DNA of 63,867 nucleotides, filler included, from Basidiobolus ranarum (Eukaryota): NCBI GenBank assembly GCA_040143965.1. It is 35 parts of 35 records of this genome, joined end to end, with 100 filler letters (N's around TTAATTAATTAA, not from the genome) between each part and the next. Parts side by side here need not be neighbours in the genome. Positions count along the whole stretch, not along the records: positions 38,444 to 40,168 come from JASJQH010011343.1; positions 40,269 to 41,993 come from JASJQH010011344.1; positions 42,094 to 43,818 come from JASJQH010011345.1; positions 43,919 to 45,643 come from JASJQH010011346.1; positions 45,744 to 47,467 come from JASJQH010011347.1; positions 47,568 to 49,290 come from JASJQH010011348.1; positions 49,391 to 51,113 come from JASJQH010011349.1; positions 51,214 to 52,936 come from JASJQH010011350.1; 27 more parts are not named here. One strand, 5' to 3'. Shown piece by piece: positions 39,453 to 52,849 of this stretch (position 1 is its first letter; each line of letters starts with the position of its first letter). The notes under the pieces were generated by a model. It saw only the letters and a program-made list of their open reading frames with translations, ran no database searches and was not told where the DNA came from. The position numbers and the translations under genes were made by a program.

Positions 39453-39714
39453 AAAGAGAAGAGAAAAAGCGAATGACCTCTTTTTTAGTTTACGGATAGA
39501 AAAGTTTGTTAAGCGTATACTCACAAAAAAAACTGATGAGTTACAGCAACGAATCACACACATTTTGTCTACAATTATTTTGTTCACTTATCTCATAGTA
39601 GGTGCAATATTGGTGGCTTAGGTACGAGAATGAATGCTAACAACTCTATTATGATTAAATCCAAGATATACGAACTAAATGCCGGAGATTAAATTTGGTA
39701 ATCAACCATTATAG

Positions 39715-39894
39715 GAATCTGAGAAATCTTTAAAGGGTGCCAAATATGTTGTTGCTCCAATGGTTGATCTATCTGAAGAAGTAGCTTTAACTATTTTATC
39801 AGAATGTTCCTATTTATTCTGATATCCCTGTTTCGAACGATAGGCCTGGCGTATGCTAAGTCGTCGCTATGGGGCTCAACTCTGCTACACCTGA
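39715..39894 (+). pseudogene. DUS1: tRNA-dihydrouridine synthase 1 N-terminal remnant (intron 39781-39843)
   Basis: KYVVAPMVDLSEE|AWRMLSRRYGAQLCYT, then TGA where PM is expected. Confidence 0.75.
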
Positions 39895-40289
39895 GCGATA
39901 CGAATGGTGGTAGATGTAGTTTACTGAAACAAAACTCCTTATTCAGGTACAAAGGATGTAGGTAATAAGTTATTTGGATTATCTTTTTTCTATGAAGTGG
40001 TTTTGATATAGTGGTATCAACAGAAGAGTAAGTAAGGTAGGAATCCCACCTGGGGAAATTCTCACACTAAAGCTTATCAAATTATTATTTCCCGGAGGTG
40101 ATGATTTGGATGGTTTGTTATCGCCCAGGGATTTCATGTTCACGCTTGGTTCATCTAGGGTCTCAGGTNNNNNNNNNNNNNNNNNNNNNNNNNNNNNNNN
40201 NNNNNNNNNNNNTTAATTAATTAANNNNNNNNNNNNNNNNNNNNNNNNNNNNNNNNNNNNNNNNNNNNTGACACAAACTCGTGTTGGGT

Positions 40290-40630
40290 ATGAGCTAAAC
40301 CTTGGGTATGAAGAACTCTATAAAAATATTCAGGAGAATATATCAAAGAGACTAGGGATTTTGATGGTGACAAATTAGCATTCAAGTGGTAATTGTGTAA
40401 AATTTGAGTTATGTTTTTTGCACATGTGTTGATCCATAGTACACTGAGAATGTAGCCAATCATGTGCAACTATTTTGCATGATCTTGAAATTTCACTCAT
40501 GAAACTGAAAAAATTGAGTAAAATCTAATCTAACTTGACAATTTTATGATGACAAGTAGATGGTCAATCCCAAATGGATTAAAATTGTGATGGTGTTCCT
40601 ACAATAACAATCCCTAAAATTCTGCTAGGG
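40290..40630. mobile_element. Candidate opposite terminus of the CCCTA element (similar sequence at 9490-9750 and 41720-41833)
   Basis: Repeated sequence ending ttctgctaggg (40630) or tttctgttaggg (41833), whose reverse complement is CCCTA(A/G)CAGAA. Confidence 0.55.
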
Positions 40631-42093
40631 GCAAGAACTGCCAAACACAAGCCTCAAGGTAGATAACTTGCTCCAACACATGCTGCCTTGCAATTGCAGC
40701 CATGGCCTGTCAAAAGAGATGTAGCTTCTACCATGGCTGAAAAATCAATAGCTGTTGAGCTCAAACCCTAAGTGAGACATACTGTGTTGACATGTAGGAC
40801 TGCCTGCCAGCAGCAGTGGCTGGTTCACCCATTAAGTAAAGGCTCCACATCAGAACCACAGACTGTAGATACAAGCAAACTGTAAACTAGACTGGATGGA
40901 CCAGCACATACCACATCACATTGACCTCAAGCCACAGCTCATGCTGGCCAAGGTAGAGGAACTTAAGTGGGATCTAACCAACAAACCCAGTGCAGAGGTT
41001 CAAGCAAAGACCCTTCCACGGAAATATCATGGAGACAATAAAAATAACAGAAGCAAATCAGCTTGTACTACTTCAAATCTAGGCAACTGCTGAATGCTCA
41101 TGTTAATACTTGCATTATCCTATCTTTACTGTTTAGTGCATCCTGCAAAAATGATATGGATTGCAGTTAAATATAGCATAATTGTATTAGTTGGATCACA
41201 ATTGCTTATGTCTTTATCGAACACTGATAGTGTGAATCTGTCATATATCAGAATAATCAATGATAACCTATTAATGCAAACAATTTCACTACAATTGAGT
41301 GAAAAATTTTAGTCAATAAAAAGCTTGTGCAGCCATATTGGCTTGATATAGCTCAATCCACTCACATTCTCACCCAATTAGAAGCTTACATGATTGAATG
41401 AATAATTTGCTGATCTAAAAATGATGATTCAAGCAATGCTGATCATTACCATCATAATGCAGATCAATGAATCATTGAGTGCTATGATTTGTTACCAGTA
41501 TCCCAAAACTACTGGTGTTTCATAATGCAGGAGCCATTGGGCCCAATTGAAGATCAGGATATTGTGTTAGTGAGAGACAAATGATTAGCCTAAAAACATT
41601 TGAATGTCTTGGTTATACATTTGATTGGGCTAATTACAATGTAAATGGTTTGTTGTTACAAATTCAGTAATTGTTAACTAACAAACTAGAGGATGAACTT
41701 GGTCCAAAGGAACAATTCTATCAAAATCAAATCTGACTTGATGATTTTATGACAGTAATTAGGTGGTCAACCGAAAATGGATTAAAATTGTGATAGTTGT
41801 TTTACAATTGTAATTCTCAAATTTCTGTTAGGGTGAAGTATTAATCAATTAACCCAATGTGTTCCTTTCTGCCATTAGTGCAAGAGAAGAGATAATCATC
41901 CCCCAATTAAATAGAAATTTGATAGTTGAACAAAGTTTGACAGAAACACCATCAAGACCATCAACTTCCAAAATGATTTCTTTGCCAACTATANNNNNNN
42001 NNNNNNNNNNNNNNNNNNNNNNNNNNNNNNNNNNNNNTTAATTAATTAANNNNNNNNNNNNNNNNNNNNNNNNNNNNNNNNNNNNNNNNNNNN

Positions 42094-43260
42094 AATCTAT
42101 GCCAGTATTAAATACATTCCCTGCTGCATCTTTCATAGTGCTAAGAGATTTTAGGCCCTTGTTACACATTCTGGGAGTTCCCAATGGAGCACTCCGGTGG
42201 TAAAATAATGCTCTGTGTGAAATTGTCAGTATTACTATATGCTAATCTGATTTACAATATATCAGCAAAATCAGTGATGGAAGTAATGCCATAGGTCAAG
42301 GAGACTCCAGTGTATATTAACCTTCTAACAAAGGGCTTTTTCAATGTGCTCATGGGTTTTTGCATTGTTTGAGAACAATGACAGCAACAAAGCCCCATCC
42401 ATGGACATAGAGTAAGTACCTCTATAATTTGGACTAATTTGTTTGTGTAATAATCTGATGGCATTTTTAGGCAAGGTGCAAGACTTCTTGGTGAGAGAGA
42501 TCAAGATACATATCTCTATAATGGGACTATTTACTTGTGTGATAATCAGACGGTATTTTTAGGAAAGCCGCAAGACAGACTTCTTGGTTAGATAGATCAC
42601 AATATGCAGTATTACTTTTTTAGCCATGGGGTAATATATTCAAGCAATGACACATCCACTTGTGGCAGGTCATTTGTTGACTGCAAGTTGGGGATATATT
42701 AGTTGAGTTCTTTACAGAAGTAGCCAAGATCCAAGAGCTTATTCTCATTGTGAATGGTAACAAGAGTCAGCTCTTTGCCAAGTGTCAGTGCTGTTCAAAA
42801 TTTCAGATGTTTAGCAATTTTTCCATCATTAGTTTCCTGGTAAAGAATATTGATGTTGTTGAGTTATGTCTATTCAGTCAAGTATGTGCATATGTAGAGA
42901 CTAAACGCAACAAGATTGTTATATCTTTGGATTCTCATTATGCCTGGAATACAAAGCCTAAAATATCTAAAGAAAGGCATGCATATTGATTTGAATTCCC
43001 ACAGCAGTAAACCCAGTAATTTGCCATTTGAAAACTATATATTGCAAAAATTGCCAGATATTGAATACCACGTGCCAAATTTGAGAATCAATATTTTAAC
43101 ATGTCCAAATACTATCTAAATATCACCAAGAAATCACCATCACACCATCAAAATCCATGGCACAATGCAAGACACCAATATTGTGATGGTTCTCTGATGG
43201 CTTTGCTATTTTGGAGGGTCAATCCAATCTATATCAAATTGATTTTAGTAACTGTTAGGG
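42094..43260 (+). mobile_element. CACTA-type element 3' half and terminus
   Basis: Colinear with 26050-27122; ends ctgttaggg. Confidence 0.8.
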
Positions 43261-44624
43261 TAAGGCTACACAACTACCCAAAATTGCTTGGGCACATGAT
43301 AGTAGAAACCTCATAGTGAAACTGGCAAAGGAAAAGATTCAGAGTGCCAGAGTGGCCACTACTTGCTCTGATGAGGACTGGTTTGACATTTTGTAAACTG
43401 TGTGGAATCTTGCCTGTAATCATCTCAATTTGAGCCAATTGCTGAAAAGCCACATACCAGGCATTACTCTGAAGTTTCCTGACTTATCTCATGTTGCTTC
43501 TCTTGGGTTTTTGCAAGCAAAGGGCAATTGGGCTAGTATACATCTATGTATGAAACATCTCAACAATGTATGCAATTATTGACTTGGACAAGAAAGAAAA
43601 GCAGCTGAAGAAGTACTCAAGAAGCAGGAAGTTGTGAACCCAAGGGAAAAGCAAAGGAGCCAATGAGTTTAGGCTGTACTGTTCCACTTACCAAATGATT
43701 TGCACCATTACAATGATCTGAATTTCCAGAATCAGATATTCTGGCAAAAAAGCTTAATATCACCATGGAACCAGGTACTCCAGTTGGAAGAATGCTAAAT
43801 TTGGAAGTTTCTCCAACANNNNNNNNNNNNNNNNNNNNNNNNNNNNNNNNNNNNNNNNNNNNTTAATTAATTAANNNNNNNNNNNNNNNNNNNNNNNNNN
43901 NNNNNNNNNNNNNNNNNNACTTCGTCATGGATAAGCCAATGGATTAGAGTCGCAAATACTTGGTTAAAATAAACAAGTGGGTTTGAATAACATATCATAA
44001 TAGTAGAAGGTTTGTGATTATAAGACAATGTCTTTTGATACCTATCAGCTGTCTTCCACTGGAAGGCTTTGCATAGTGACCTGGCTTGTGAAATAGTGAC
44101 ACAAAGATTCAATCTTTTTTTTGAGGGTCCTGGCACCAACAGAGTATAAATTTGAATAGAAGCCACTCTACCTTAGATATTCAGTCCAATACTTGAATAG
44201 TTTCTTCTGTTCAGGGAATATTGTAGAGCTAACATAGGACTTAGCATGTAGCACTTGATCAGCACTTTCTGTGGGTGAGGTACTCACAGTGTGGCTTGGT
44301 GGTAGCAAGTTGATTAATATATTGGTAAAAACAATTGTTGAAACAGTATTTGCTATAATAGCCAGATTCAGTGCAATGTCCTTGAATTCATTACTACACT
44401 GACTGAATGTATCAAGCTAGGCTTCTTGGGGAAGTCATATAGTGATCTTAGTATACAAATATGGTTGGCAGTCCATTTGGTGTGTTGAAGGCTCCCCTCC
44501 ATCTCTCCCATCTCAAAAGGTGACTCTGATTGGGCATAAAAGTTTGTTAATGGATAGCATAAACACTTTTGAAATTAGGCAAATAACAATACATTGTATA
44601 TTTGTTAGCTTATATATATCGATA

Positions 44625-45180
44625 TTATTTAGCACTCAATTGTGATAGTCAAAATGTGTGTTTATTGCTCTAATTGTTTTTTTATCAGTTAGGGCACTTT
44701 TTTATACTCTTACCATTTTCTCATATATTCTCCAAACCACTTCCAATTTTGAAGCATGTTCAACAAGAATGCTTGTGAAGAGCTAAACTCATCTCATAGC
44801 TCCATTTCAGAGTAAACTAAAAATTTGACTAATAAAAGTGTTCAGGGGATTTGAAAGTGTTTGGGACAAGGTTTAAATTTGCCTATTAGATACTTAGGTT
44901 TTATTGAATTGAATATATCCTGCTAATAGTTTACTATGAAATAGGACTATTGGACATGCTTAGATCATAACAAACATGCCTGTTAAGCATGTGTGAATAT
45001 TTGATATGCTTTGAAGAAGTTTTGAGAAAATGGTGAAAATTGGTAAAAGTGATCTAATTGATATTTCTATCAATAAGAGTAATGAGCACATGTTTTAAAA
45101 TGGCAGAATTGAGGGTCAAATAATCAGAATATGAATAAATTAACTACCAAACAATGAGTTACTACTTACCAAATTTTAAT
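44625..45180. mobile_element. Two oppositely oriented copia family-C-like LTR pieces
   Basis: Similarity to 36618-36947 on + (44625-44820) and on - (44830-45180). Confidence 0.7.
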
Positions 45181-46403
45181 TATGACATAATAAACTCAAT
45201 AGACTTGTTCAATTTTATTGAGCCAGATCAGGCCAGCTAAAAAGTATGCCAGCACAAATTGGCATGATTGGGCACTATCTGGCATGATGTTATTTACCAT
45301 TTTAGAAACAGTTTATTTTACTTATGTGGTATATTTAAGAAAAGTACTTTTAGAGATTATTGCACATTCAAGAGATGATGAAAGCTTTATTCATAGTGTC
45401 TTAAGTCTAGAGCTCTCAATGGATATCTTTGAGTATGGACATATTGAGAATTAATCAAGATTTTGACTACTTTGCCTAACTTTGATTGTGGCCCACAAAA
45501 TGATTTTCCTCTATACTTTCCTGCTTCAATGTTATATCTCTTTAGGAAACCAAAGCTATGTTCTACTCTTTCTCTAAAATGGGAAAAAATGTCATTATAA
45601 AGCTTTTGCCTCTCTGTGAGTATCCCTCCTCTGGGCCTCTTGTNNNNNNNNNNNNNNNNNNNNNNNNNNNNNNNNNNNNNNNNNNNNTTAATTAATTAAN
45701 NNNNNNNNNNNNNNNNNNNNNNNNNNNNNNNNNNNNNNNNNNNATTAAGGTATAGATGGCCATTTCCAATAAACAAGAAGCACACTTAAGCTAATGTTAG
45801 AGTTAAGGTATTTACGGAAAATGATCAGCACTACTCCATCAATAGAATTCACGCGAAATGATGTCAACGAGATGTGAGTAAATTAGATTTATGGCTATTT
45901 TATTCACACTATTTTATTCACACGCAGTCATTACGGTTCACGTTATTTACATCCAACTTCGATTGTTAAGTAAATAACGTAAATATTTCTGATTTATGTA
46001 CACTTGAAATGCACTCCTCTTTTGGAATCCTTCAAGTAGGTGCTTCAGCGGCTTGTGCCACAAATATTGTCTTAGCACTGTTATTTTAACTCGGGCCATT
46101 TAAGCCTTCCGAATATCAGATTTACCTAATGTTTTTTGACTATGCCGAACTCACTTGAACTTGAGCCAAAGCCACCAATTCCCTTCTACGTTGCAGTGCT
46201 TGAAGGCGATTCTCAGAGTTCCTCTGGGTAAGTTTTTCATCATGATTGAGTCAATTATGGATCATGAATTTTGGTGTCTACTGTATGAAGAGTTTCTCTC
46301 AAATCTCCCAAATGTTCTTTCCGAGAGCATTTTGTTTAATCTCATACATAACTATTTTAAGTTACATTTTCAGTCCATTGGTTTTTAGAATTAATGTTGG
46401 TGT

Positions 46404-46447
46404 GGGTCGCTTGAAGGCAGGGTCGCTTGAAGGAAGGGTCGCTTGAA
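46404..46447. repeat. 16-bp tandem repeat, GGGTCGCTTGAAGG(C/A)A x2.75
   Basis: Read directly from the sequence. Confidence 0.85.
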
Positions 46448-47567
46448 TTCAAATAGATAAAATTCCTTCAAATGAACCAACTTAACCTTAATCCCGAAAA
46501 AAAAGCTTTCCATGTACATTGACCTTCTAGTACACGTAATGGGTTTATTATCCATATCTTAACATTTTTGGCCATAGCGCGCTCATAGATCTTCTTGAGG
46601 ATCCATTGTGGAATAGGAATTTTCAGTCTTCCAATTATTTCCTTTTTTAGAATAACTTTCAGAGCGCCTTTACACTTATGTAGCTCTCCATACCCATGCA
46701 AAGTGTCGCTACAACTATACAGGGTTTTATTCTAGGTACAACATTTTGCGGATATTAACCGAATCTGAATATCTAGGCATCTCTTCTTGGCTTATGAAAT
46801 TTTCTGACTTTAGCAGGCCACGTGCTAACCAATCAATGTTGACGTAGTCGATCGGTACGTGATCTGAGTACGATTTCTTTCGATCTGTGCATAGCTGAGA
46901 TCGCCCGGATCAACCTGGTTGCCGAATGTTTTGGGCTAGCAATCATCTAGCCATGATGAGGTTAATGCAATTGGTTGATATAGAAGGCCAGACGTTTGGA
47001 TATTTAGGGTTATATCATCCATGCGAGTCTTTGGGTATATGTACGTTGTTGCCATCCTCTTATGTGCAGAGGAGTACTAATGCTTGAGCTTCAGTAACAA
47101 CTTAACCAATAGAAATATAGTTTTCTATATCACGCGCGAGCAGTCATCCTTGCGCGTGGCGAGGGAAAAGGTGGATTCTGGAAGGTAAAGAGCACGAAAC
47201 CAACAGGGAAACATATGTTAGGCCTATTAAACATATCCCCATCAAATGCTTCAATAAATATCATTGCATTATCTCATTGAGGGATAATCAAAATCTTGTA
47301 CAAGAATTTTAGCCATCAAGTGCCACTCAATATCGATTCGAACATAACCAGCAAACACAATACTGTTCCCCACATATTCTGCGTCCACTCTGAAACGATA
47401 TGGGACTCCTGATTTCTAATCGTACTAGCAAAATACGCGCAATACAGGCCCTCCTTCATCAAACGTCNNNNNNNNNNNNNNNNNNNNNNNNNNNNNNNNN
47501 NNNNNNNNNNNTTAATTAATTAANNNNNNNNNNNNNNNNNNNNNNNNNNNNNNNNNNNNNNNNNNNN

Positions 47568-49290
47568 TTTTTGGTCCACTGGTGACTTAACCAAAGTCCA
47601 AGTTTGGTTATTGATTAGTGACTGATACTCCTCTGCTATTGCAGCACTCCAAAACTTTGTGTTGGGACTCTCCATAGCCTCCTGTACTGATTTGGGCTCA
47701 TCAGAAAAGGCTAAATTAGCACTAAGCTCCTTTTGGCTAGTGTGAGAGTAATAGTCAGGCAGAGATCTCATCCAATTAGATCTCCTAAAATAGGAAATTG
47801 GCACTACAACTTCTGGTACAAATTTATTCAATGAAACCACCACAGGCTTGGTTGAGGAGACTGTAGGTGAGAGATTTTCAATGTTTTTCTCACTGATCAA
47901 GATCTGATGAGAGAAAGTAGAATTTTCATCAATTATTGATTTTTTCCTTGATTGTGGATTGTTTTGACTGAAGATTTTTCTTCTTCCCATCATTCCACAT
48001 CCTTTCACTTGATTAGCCTCTTATTTTCAGTGTCATGTAGCCTGTACCAATTTGTCCTATCACAATATTCCAAAAAAAGACATTTATGGCTGTTTTGGTC
48101 TAATTTTGTTCTCTTCTGGTCTGGAATCATTGCATATGCAGTACTTCCAAAAGCTCTGAGATTAGCCTTGTCAGGTTTACCTTCAAACCAAGCTTGATAA
48201 GGTGTCATAGCCAATAGAGACCTAGAAGGGCATCTATTCCTCATATATACTATGGTTGCAACCATTTCAGCCCAGAACTGTTTTGGTAAATCTTGATTGT
48301 GAAGCATTGATCTTTCCTTTTCCATTATTGATCTGTTTGCACATTCCGCTATTTCATTCTGCTGGGGAGAATATGGCACTCTAGTCTGCTGTTTTATCCC
48401 ATGTGTTGAGCAGAAGTTAGAGAAGAGTGTTGAGGTATTTTCCCATCCATTATCAGTATGGTTGATGTTAATTTTTAGACCTGTTTCAGTCTCCACCATT
48501 GCTTTGAACTTCTTGAAGGTATCAAAGGCTTCATCCTTACTGGCCAGAAGGTACTCCCAACTATACTTTGTCTTATCATCAATAAAGGTCTTAAAATATC
48601 TTTTTCTGCCTAAGGACTTTGTCTACATTGCGCCACACAGATCTGAGTGTATCAGGCCCAATTTATGATCAATTTTGCTCATTTCTGAGCCCGCCAATGG
48701 CTGTCTGTGTTCCCTACCATATAGGCAACATTCACATAGCTTCAGATCCGGTGGAATTGCAAAATTTAATCCCAAAACCACGTTGTCTTTGATTAAATTT
48801 CTGATATTCTCAACTCCTGGATGACCCAATCTCCTATGCCCAATTTTCTAGTGTATCTCTTCAGCTGTTGCAGTAATGACTTGTTCATATATTAACTCAA
48901 TATAATGAAGTTTATACAAGATATTTTGCTTAGCTGCAGAAGCTATGTAATTCCCTTTTGGATCCCTGATTGTACAGCCATTTTGATCAAAATTAAAGCT
49001 AGATCCCTAGGATGTTGCTTTACTCACTGATAATAAATTTTCTGCTACCCATGCACATATAGCACATTTTTCAGTGTCAGATACATGCCCCCAAGATCCA
49101 CTGAAGTTTCTCCCACTTGCAGATCTTCTAGTGGCCAGTCATCCCCCATACAAACCTGCTTGCTTATATCAGTTTTCAGTGCTTCAAACCTGTCTTTTTG
49201 TTTAGAGAAATGTTGAGAGGCTCCAGAATCAATATGCCACAACTTACGGTCTTGTTCAGAAGTCCCTGATAGGGCAGAATTGAATAAAAC
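47568..49290 (-). mobile_element. Ty1/copia pol (protease, integrase, start of RT), a further decayed family
   Basis: WHIDSGASQH, LGHPG...CECC, IHSDLCG, PYSPQQN, EPKSVQEAM...EEYQSLINNQTW. Confidence 0.9.
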
Positions 49291-49390
49291 NNNNNNNNNN
49301 NNNNNNNNNNNNNNNNNNNNNNNNNNNNNNNNNNTTAATTAATTAANNNNNNNNNNNNNNNNNNNNNNNNNNNNNNNNNNNNNNNNNNNN

Positions 49391-50536
49391 CTTCATTGGA
49401 TGGTTAACAATTACCAGAATTGAATCATGCTTAGTGGACAAGGGTAGATCAGTTATGAAATCCAGGAATATGGATTTCCACTGCTGATCAGGAATTAGAA
49501 GTGGCTGTGGGAGGCCATAGGGCTGATGTCTTGTAGTCTTCACTCAAGCACAAGTATCAAGGTGGAAACATTAGTCTTGACAAATGCTAACATTTTGGGC
49601 CGCCAATAATCCCTGGATGCTAACATATATGATTTGGCAACACCAAAGTGTCCTGCAACTGGTGAGTCATGTCTTTCCTGCAGGATTTTCAGTCTGGAAG
49701 TGTAGACTGGAATGTAAAGGCACTTCTTATAAAACAAGGGATCATTGATGATAGAGAAATGGCAGTACAAGTTCAAGCTTGAGAGGCCTTTGGGTGCTTC
49801 CTGGGCTTTCTTGATTGATATTACCAATGGGCCTTCAGAATGAAGTTTGTGGATGTTTTCATGGAATGTACTTGAACTAGGCAGAGAAAGGGTAGTTGAA
49901 CTAATTTGAAGTTGGAGGGGCTTTAATGAGGAAGTATTTTGTTGGCTAAAGGCCTCATCCTCTTCTTTAAGCTAATATTCTGATCTATCTGATAAGACAT
50001 CAGGTCTTTCTTGCTGGCTACATGGCCAATATGTAATCACAAAATCAAAACTGCCACAAAATAATGACCATCTTGCTTGATGCTGGTTGAGAACTTTGGT
50101 CTTACTAAAATACTGAAGATCCTTATGATCACAATAAACTGTGATTTTGGGATTTGCTTCATCCAAGTATTGTTGCCACTGTTCAAATGCAGCAATACTT
50201 GCTAATAGTTTCTTGTCATAGATGTCATAGCTGATTTCTGCTGCAGAGAACTTTCTTGAGTAAAAGGCAACAGGGTGCAGTATGCTGTCATCATCAAACT
50301 GTGATAGTACTGCTCCTAGAGCAAAGTCAGATGCATCACTTTCAATAATAAATGGCTTGTCAAGCTTGAGGTGTGCCAGGATTGGTGCTGAGGTAAAAGC
50401 ATTCTTTAAAGTTACAAATGCTTGCTGGCAAGATGGGTTCCAGTCAAATGGGAGTTCTTTTGTTATAAGGCTTGTTAATGGAGCAGATATTTTGGTGTAG
50501 CCAATGACAAACCATTGGTAAAACTTTGCAAATCCA
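49391..50536 (-). mobile_element. Ty3/gypsy pol fragment (RNase H to integrase), decayed
   Basis: ESDASDFALGAVLSQ, HPVAFYSRKF, CDHKDLQYF...QARW, HDSPVAGHFG, WKSIFLDFITDLP. Confidence 0.9.
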
Positions 50537-51113
50537 CCCTAACAAAAATAAAATCAATTTGATCCGGATCTGATCCACCCTCTGAAAGAGCAAAACCTTC
50601 AGAGAACCGTCACAATATTGGTGGCTTGCATTCTGACAGGGATTTTGATGGTGTGACAGCAGTTTCTTGATGGTATATTGACAGTATTCATACATGTTAA
50701 AATATTGATCCTCAAATTTGGCATGAGTTGTTCAATATCCAGCAATTTTTGCAAACATCTAATTTTCAAATGGCAACTTACTGGGTTTACTGTGTAGGAA
50801 TTTGAATTAATATGCATGCTTTTATATAGATATTTCAGGCTTTGTATTCTAGCCATAATGAAAATCAAAATATACAAGAATCTCATTGTGTTTAGTCTCT
50901 ACATATGCACATACTTGACTGATTAGACATAACTCAACAACATCAATATGCTTTACCAGCAAACTAACAGTAGAAAAATTGCTAAACATCTGAAATTTTG
51001 AATAGGACTGACACTTGGCATATAGCTGACTCTTGTTACCATTCACAATGAGAATAAGCTCTTGGATTTTGGCAAATTTCTGTAAAGAATTCAGCCAGGA
51101 TATCCCCAACTTG
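50537..51113 (-). mobile_element. CACTA-type terminus inserted in gypsy
   Basis: Begins CCCTAACAAAAATAAAATC and interrupts the gypsy GFAKFY motif region. Confidence 0.83.
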
Positions 51114-51524
51114 NNNNNNNNNNNNNNNNNNNNNNNNNNNNNNNNNNNNNNNNNNNNTTAATTAATTAANNNNNNNNNNNNNNNNNNNNNNNNNNNNNNN
51201 NNNNNNNNNNNNNCTGTATTGTTCCAATTTTTTCAAGTGTCAGAAGTTCCGAGGAACTTGACGTTTTATTGGGAGTCAATTTGCATTGTATATCTCGAAA
51301 CAATATTATTTATTATACTTATGGGACAGAATATAACTTGATGTGGTCTTGAATCAAATGGCTATAACCAAATAGGAGCAGCTTGATTTATTTTGATTGG
51401 ATCATTAGAAATTTCCTCTTTTTGGTGATTGCTGGTATTGTTCCTAAAATGACTAGCTTCCCCTCACCAAAACTAAGTAATAAATATAAATACAAATTTA
51501 AACAGATAGTTTGAAATGACAAAA

Positions 51525-51581
51525 TGATGAGAGTGGGATTCGAACCCACGCCTCAGAAGAGACTATGACCTGAACTCAGCG
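51525..51581 (-). pseudogene. 5'-truncated tRNA-Leu(CAG) remnant
   Basis: Minus strand CGCTGAG-TTCAGGT-CATAG-long variable arm-GTGGG-TTCGAAT-CCCAC-TCTCATC-A-TTTT; D arm absent. Confidence 0.7.
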
Positions 51582-52766
51582 ATACCTCAAAATGCAGCTG
51601 AAAAGTACGGTTTTCCTCAGGCCAGTGGTGGCAACAGTGATGGGAGAATGGTTGGAATTATATGTTACCACGAACAATCATGGTATATGTACAGGAAGAA
51701 TAAGTATATGCAAACTTAGGAAATTTCAACTCTCTGGCAGCATTTTGAACAAGTGCACTCCACAGAGTGATGGCCATTTGACTACACAGTCTTTCTTGCC
51801 ATTTGTAGAAGGATTCTCAGTTATGATTAAAATGGCATTGCCTATGAATGGACTGGTGATTTAAACAGAATTTCAATATCACCTTTCAGCTGTGCAATGA
51901 AAGATACCAAGGGGTATGCATTGCTCTTTAACCCAAGCATGAGTGGTTTTTTTACTCTAAACTAAATTATGCTTGTGATGTATATACTATTGAGCCTTGA
52001 GAGTTTGAAGGATGACACTACTCTATGTGAAATATACACAGGGCTGTAATTTATCTCCAAAAATACTGTTTTTGTACATGAAATACACAAGTTCATTTTG
52101 CCCCAACAAGTTATTTGGTATATCCACCTCAAGATATATAACTTTATGCTCACTGAAGCAATCAATCCACAATCAAAGGGAAACTTAGATTAAGAGAATG
52201 AGGATTTATGGGGTCTTTGACAGCACAGACCAGTATCACACAAGTAATAAATACTCTCTAGGTAACTCCAAATTCCCTGAAAATAGAATGTAGCATCATA
52301 ACAGCTGGGTTCCCTGGGGCAAATAATTTGCAATAATTCCATGTAGCTAGCACAGGTAACAACTTAATGTTGGAGCTGTATTTTGCTGGCTCTTACCATA
52401 ACTTTGGGGATGGCTTGGAATTGATTTTATAGGAAGTGTCAGCATTCTTAATTAAAGAAAATCTGGTAAAAAACAATTCAAGTACTCATTATCTATGGTT
52501 TGCCACAATGGCCACTGTTTTGGACTCAAACAACAGTAGTAACTGATATTGATCTTATGCCTGTTCTTACCATCTAAGTTGTGAATCCAAGGAAAACTTT
52601 TGTTACCGCTGTCAATAACGACATGCCAAGAACCAAAATATTACTACTACTTGGGCTGTATAAAGTAGCAATAGTATTTTTGCCAAGCTCTGTAAGCTCA
52701 TATATATTTACTTCAAGGATTCAAAGTGTAATCTTCAGTCATAGTAGTATGCTTATAGCTAGTATC

Positions 52767-52849
52767 AGAATGAGAATTTGACTTGAATCCATGCTTCTGA
52801 GGAGACTGTGACCTGAATCCAGTGCTTTAGACTACTTCACCATCTTTTT
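52767..52849 (-). pseudogene. Degenerate tRNA-Leu(CAG) pseudogene
   Basis: GATGGTGAAGTAGTCTAAAGCACTGGATTCAGGTCACAGTCTCCTCAGAAGCATGGATTCAAGTC; stems are broken. Confidence 0.55.

Noticed and set aside
46404-46447. Mini CRISPR array
   Set aside because: Repeats are directly tandem with no unique spacers; eukaryotic context and no cas genes
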